NCBI GenBank assembly: GCA_951406725.2
Contig: OX597815.1
Span: 84,630,001 to 84,694,000, forward strand
Source of the DNA: Octopus vulgaris
Lineage: Eukaryota
Direction of reading: 5' to 3'
DNA length: 64,000 nucleotides
Made by a program: the position numbers and the translations under genes. The notes under the pieces were generated by a model. It saw only the letters and a program-made list of their open reading frames with translations, made no database searches and was not told the DNA's origin. This document shows, piece by piece, positions 58,235 to 64,000 of this stretch (its first letter is position 1; each line of letters opens with the position of its first letter).

Positions 58235-58452
58235 ATGGTTTCAAGTTTTGGCAGAAAGACAGCAGTTCTGAGGGAGAGTTAAGTGGATTACATTGACCAC
58301 ACAGCTCAAGTGGTAATTTGCTTACCGACCCCGAAAAGGTGAAAGGCAAAGTCGACCACGGCGGAATTTGAACTCAGAACGTAGCGACGTACTAAATGCC
58401 TGTAAGCATTTTTATCTTGTGCGGCATGCTAACAATTCTCTCCGCTCGCCGC
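58235..58452 (-). mobile_element. Family B SINE
   Basis: gaaaggcaaagtcgaccacggcggaatttgaactcagaacgtag is the reverse complement of the SINE core. Confidence 0.85.
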
Positions 58453-58913
58453 ATTCCTAATCGGAAGAAGAAGAAGAAGAAGAAGAAGAAGTGTAGCATG
58501 TAAAAAGCAATGCACATTTTACATGTACGTGGTGTGCATAACAATTCACCTGCAGCAAGGTTTTGTTTGCATCTGTCTATGTTTATAGATATATGCATAC
58601 ATACATAGACACATATACATGTATTCATTTATATGTATGTGCTACATTACTGAAGGTAGCGCAGCATCTATCCTGTCGTTTTTTGTTTACTCCATCTAGC
58701 TTCGAGACTCGTTAACTGTTGTTTACCAATATCAGCTCTAGCTGGATAGCCTTTGATCAAAAGCATTTATTTCGACTTGTCAACATATGCTCAAATTCTT
58801 CCTTAAAAAAATATTAATAATCATTTAAATTGCGATTTTCGGAAATTATAAGTCTTTTCACCGAGTAGTAGACCGCCCTCCGGATACAATCTTGCAATAT
58901 CTTTGCATTTGAA

Positions 58914-59527
58914 AGGCGGCGAGCTGGTAGAAATGTTAGCACGCTGGGCGAAATGCGTAGCCGTATTTCGTCTGCCGTTACGTTCTGAGTTCAAATTCCG
59001 CCGAGGTCGACTTTGCCTTTCATCCTTTCGGGGTCGATTAAATAACTACCAGTTACGCACTTGGGTCGATATAATCAACTTAATCCGTTTGTCTGTCCTT
59101 GTTTGTCCTCACTGTGTTTAACCCATTGTGGGTAGTAAAGAAATAGGTAGTTTGTCTGCCGCTATGTTCTGAGTTCAAATTCCGCCGAGGTCGACTTTGC
59201 CCTTCATTCTTTTGGGGTCGATTAAATAAGTACCAGTTACGCACTTGGGTCGATATAATCGACTTAATCCGTTTCTCTGTCCTTGTTTGTCCCTTCTGTG
59301 TGTAGCTCCTTGTGGGCAGTAAAGAAATAAGAAACGTTAGTACGCCAGGCAAAATGCGTAGCGGTATTTCGTCTGTCTTTACGTTCTGAGTTCAAATTCC
59401 ACCGAAGTCGACTTTGCGTCTTATCCATTCGGGATCAATAAATTAAGTACCAGTTGCGTACTGAGGTCCATGGAATCGACTGGCCCCCTCCCCCAAGATT
59501 TCGGGCCTTGTGCCTAGAGTAGAAAAA
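58914..59527 (+). mobile_element. Trimeric family B SINE inside one 18-bp TSD
   Basis: Three tandem cores gttctgagttcaaattcc(g/a)ccga. aatatctttgcatttgaa occurs at 58896-58913 and 59528-59545. Confidence 0.9.
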
Positions 59528-59699
59528 AATATCTTTGCATTTGAATCTGCATTTGGGTAATACAGTTACATTTAGTAATTTACTCACAGCCAGTGAATAA
59601 ACTACGGTAAGCAGATAACCAATAAGCTTACCGACAATCAAATTTTAGAGCGGACGTAATTGACTGCGACAATCATCAAATAACTGCTGTAGCTTTCGT

Positions 59700-61250
59700 A
59701 CTGAGGTCGACTTTGCCTATCATCATTTCGAGATCAATAAAATAAGTAGCAGTTGATGATTGAGGTCAATGTAATGGGCTTACCCCTTCCCCTGAAACTT
59801 GAGTCAAAATTTGAATCCATTATTATTATTATGAACTTAAATACTATCGTGGACTTTGGTTGTCATTGTGCAAGAACTGATGAAAAAAAATAAAGATAAG
59901 CACCAAGCACAGGAGTCAATTAAATAGCGTGTTCTCCTCCCTTAAAATATACTTTAGACTAACGTTATTATTTAGATCAGCTCTTCGCAAATCCTTCTCA
60001 TATTGTTAAGATTTCCGCGTATTATATCCAGCTCAAGCTATCGCCGAACGACGGAAAATAACTTATGAAGTTTCATTAGCTCTAGTTACGTTCTTCGTTC
60101 AAATGTTTCCGCGTCCAATTTTTACTCTAATCATTCCGATGTTTATATCAGAAATACCAGTCAATGAATGAATTTTATATTACTGATTATACCCAATGGT
60201 GAAATGTGAGATCATGAGTCTGTCAGTAATCATTGTTACTGGTAGTTTTTTTGTTTTTTTTATTGACGTTAGGTTAGCAATTTTGAAGAAGCGGGATTAG
60301 ATTATATCATTGATCTCAGTACTTGACTGGTACTTTAACGATCCTGAAAGATAAAAGACAAAGATGATACTGTCAAGAATTAAACTTAGAACGTAAAGAG
60401 CTGAAGGAGATACCGCGATGCATTCTCATGTTTTAATATAAATATTTTTTCAGTTATAAGACAGATTCTTTTATTCAATTAATAAATGATATATCAATTT
60501 AATATCTTCTATTTACTAGTGTCATTCGTAATATGTTACACTAATAATATAATAATTAAAGAACACTTATATTACTTTTTTAATGTTAATTATGTTTCCA
60601 TTTCAGTATCATTGTGTAATACACACGTGCGCGCGCGTGCACACACACGCACAGGGCAGTGAGACATTTGATATAAATTTAGCTGCTATTTCTAGCAGTT
60701 CAAGAGAACACATAGAGGTTTCCTTGACCTGAGCATTTTAGATATTTAGGTATGAGATTGTTTAAGTAGAGTGCTTTTTATCATTATTTCTTTACTGTTT
60801 TGTTTACTAACAGGATCCGTGGAAATATCGAATATTAAGAATACTCTAATTTCTCCGTATTATTGTTGTTTTATTCCATTGAAGATTTCAAATGTGACTT
60901 TGATTTCATTCTTTAGTTAAATTACTGAATAAAATATGTTAACCATTTCGATTATGTATTTGATTGTGTTCCTTAGATAAACTGGTATAAAATATAGGGC
61001 TCGATCTTGTTTCCTTACGTTAGTTAAAGATTCCAAGGTGGTGGATTGGCAAAATCAAAAGAGCGTCAATTCAAAATACGTCGCGGCATTGAGTAACTGA
61101 TCTTTGCGTTATGAATTCGAATGCCATCGGGGTTAGCTTTGCAGTTCATACCTCCAGGGAAGACAAAATAAGCCGCAAGTGTAACACTGGAGTCGATTTA
61201 ATCGACCAACCTTACCCTCTACAAAATTTCAGGACTTGTGTTTATGTTAG
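59700..61250. mobile_element. Cluster of older family B SINE remnants (59700-59820 plus, about 60270-60425 minus, 61038-61250 plus)
   Basis: Degenerate matches to the 58915 unit. Confidence 0.6.
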
Positions 61251-61399
61251 AAACGCTTATAAAACAGGTCTTAATCATGCCTTCGTTTTCGTTCCGAAGT
61301 TAACGTATTTAAAAGTGTAACATTCGAACAACTATCATGACAAACAGTATAATATTATTGATTGTCTGGCAGTTACTTGGTTGTCAGATAACATATTTA

Positions 61400-63689
61400 A
61401 TTTTATTCTATTATATACTTTTCATTGTTTTTTCTTTAGTTATTAATTTTTATTTTTGACTTCTAATTTTTGAATATACTAACCTAAATTTTTCACGTTT
61501 TATTGATATACAGTATATTTGTTTGTCATACTGCTAGTATTTTGATAATATTTGCCCTTTTATTTTATGAGTGATTTTTTTCTATATTATATTTTATTTT
61601 TTGTATGTCTAAAATGTTTTGCACTAGTTTGTTGAGGTTTTTTGTCATTAATTTCTGCCTCAAAGGAATGTTATCTCTTTTTAATATTTTAATATCTTCA
61701 AATCAAATTATTATTTATAGTAACCAAATTTTGTACTTAAAATATACATTTAAATTTATTGTTATACTTCTTGCGCTTCATGTTTGTGTCTTAAGATATC
61801 AAATATATTATAATTCAAAAATGTTTTATAATAATTGCGATTTTATTGAAAATAATTCTTTTTCTTTTCTTGTTATGTTATATACCTGTCTACTTTGCTT
61901 TTGAAAGTACTTTTCTTTCTCCTTGAATTTGCGTATGATTTAAACATCGCTATATTATTGATATATTTTGATAGTTTTTATTTCGTATTTTAATACGTAT
62001 TGTTGCCTATAATATTTGACTTGTTTTATTACAATGTTTATTATATTCATTTCACTCAATATTGGTCTTTATTGATTTTGTTCTATATTTTAATATCATA
62101 TTTTTATTGATTGTACATATGTCTAAATCATTTGCTGTTAATTTGCAATATTCATTTTTTATATATTTCCAACTTTTTAAGAGACATATCATCTTTTCAC
62201 ATGATTTTCAGGAATTAAATAGATATAGCAATCAAATCATTGATATGCCTAAATCTATATTTATGTTTATATTTTATTTCAATTGCGCAAAGTATTATTG
62301 TTTATCCATTTATTTTCATTCTAGAAAGGAAATATGTTTATCATATAGAGGAACTTGTTAAAACCCATTGGATTCTAATTTAAGGGAATAAATTATATAC
62401 ACTTACAATTCAAAATATCCATTATATTGCTGTATTCTTGTTCCATTGAATGTTAACGACACTAAAACTTGATTTATGTTTCGTATTTTTATGTATCTAT
62501 TTTTGTCAGTCTCTTATACAGCTAATCTATTTGTAGCAAAGTTCACTTTATTTCCTTTATGAAAGCAAAGCATTATTATTTCTTATAAGACATTATTGAA
62601 TTCATTCTGAGAAAATACAATGTACAATATAGTGAAGTTAAAATTATCTATTTTACATCTATTCTTGACATCTGGATTTTATATCTTAATAATTATATTA
62701 ATAATATTGATAAACCTATTGCCAACTATCATCAGAAAACATTTACATTTATTACTATACTCTTCGATACATTTAAGTTACAATTTCAGTATGCGTGTTA
62801 TTATTATTACAGGTTTCCCAGTATGTTTTGTTGATGAAATTGTAAATCCTAATTTTATGTATTCTGGAAATACAGTATAGAGGGAGCTATTCCTTATTTA
62901 TTTTTTAAAATCATTAATGTTAAATCTTCATGCTATTGTATCAGATTATTTATATATGTTTAATTCTTGTTTGGTTTCGTCTATGCCTTTGTTATCATTG
63001 ATTCTTGTTTCATTAGTTTCTGTATATAAAAATAGTTCACATACCAATGCTGTGTTATATTTTGTTTACACGTTGACGTTATTATAATCTTTTTTTGCAA
63101 ATCAGTTCATCCTGCTTATTTGAGTTGTTTAGTGTATTTTTTAAAATTATAATTTACGCTTTGTTTTCTTTTAAAATTGTATTGATACGCTTCTAAACTA
63201 ATTCTAATATTTTGCTTTTCCATGCAGAGATTTTTTTTTATTCATTGATTCTCAATTTATTATTTCTTTTAGTAATAAATTTTTCTGATTTTTTAAATGT
63301 CTATATAAACAATCTTAAACTTTTTGTTTTCTTTACATGAATCTTAGGCATTTTCGTAAATAAATTAATGAGACTTTCATTTTTCAATATTTTAAAATCT
63401 CCTGGAAAAATTTTCATTATAATTTTTTTTTTTTTTAATTTTTAAATTATTTTCTTGGCACTGTTTCGTTACCTCTTATAAGTATTTTATATTTACACTT
63501 TTGTTTTTGTAATTCATTGTAATTAAAATTTTTTGAACTAATTGGTTTAGTTAATTCGTATAACATTTGGGGAATTGGCAATACTTTTTATGTAACAGTA
63601 TATTTCAATATTTATGGTTTAATTATGTCTATACTTTTCGAAAAAGAAAATAACATTATTTTTGTCAGACTGGGCTGCAATTTATATAC

Positions 63690-63744
<55 letters not shown>

Positions 63745-64000
63745 TCTTATCTAATACTTCTGCATACCATTCTGAGAAGATATCTTCTTCACTACAGTCA
63801 AAATATCCATGTTTTAGTATTATTTTCTGTTTTATTTAAACTTACTTTCGGCATGTAAGTTTAAATCCATAGTTTCAAAGGTATTGCAATTTAAAACATT
63901 TTTAATTACTTCATAAGGAAGGTCTCTTTCAAATACTTTAGATATTTCCTTACACAAATGGTTCTTCCATAATGATATGCTTCTTATAATTTAGAAGGTT
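61400..64000 (-). mobile_element. Decayed Naiad-type (N-terminal endonuclease) Penelope-like element, continuing past the window end
   Basis: Ordered minus-strand motifs across frameshifts: LYELTKPISSKNFNY, PGDFKILKNESLINLFTKMPK, SAWKSKILELV.KRI, NTALVCELF, LPLYCISRIHK, FNFTILYI, PMGFN..NIF..ENKWIN and FRHINDLIAI. No GIY-YIG was seen after the RT. Confidence 0.65.

Noticed and set aside
58914-59527. Repeat-spacer array or tRNA gene cluster
   Set aside because: The units are dispersed SINE copies found throughout the window and do not form complete cloverleaves.
61605-62880. Plus-strand hydrophobic ORFs resembling membrane or mitochondrial proteins
   Set aside because: They are antisense shadows of the A-rich minus-strand PLE coding remnant.

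Overview
Eukaryotic, AT-rich, microsatellite-saturated DNA. The SINE families and repeat content suggest an octopus or other coleoid cephalopod (inference). No intact protein-coding gene is supportable, and most listed ORFs are translations of simple repeats. The window consists mainly of decayed mobile elements: a Helitron with both termini (37324-40370), a full-length mariner (49587-50822) and a mariner MITE, an L1/Tx1-like LINE, R4/Dong-like and RTE fragments, many tRNA-derived SINEs including a trimer inside one TSD, and several Penelope-like elements (PLEs). One PLE (about 61400-64000, minus) appears to be of the N-terminal-endonuclease Naiad type and is missed by the ORF track. The most notable signal is a set of small, mostly non-coding fold-back modules, several sitting in (TA)n tracts. 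Some carry minimal type-I hammerhead ribozyme motifs (near 4820/5950, 7470, 18950, 27440/27520, 32240) and others carry tRNA-like cloverleaves (35184-35390, 36658-36729). These may be a family of non-autonomous, PLE-mobilised, retrozyme-like elements. A few isolated exon-like segments hint at a fragmented host gene. All motif calls were made by eye and boundaries of decayed elements are approximate.
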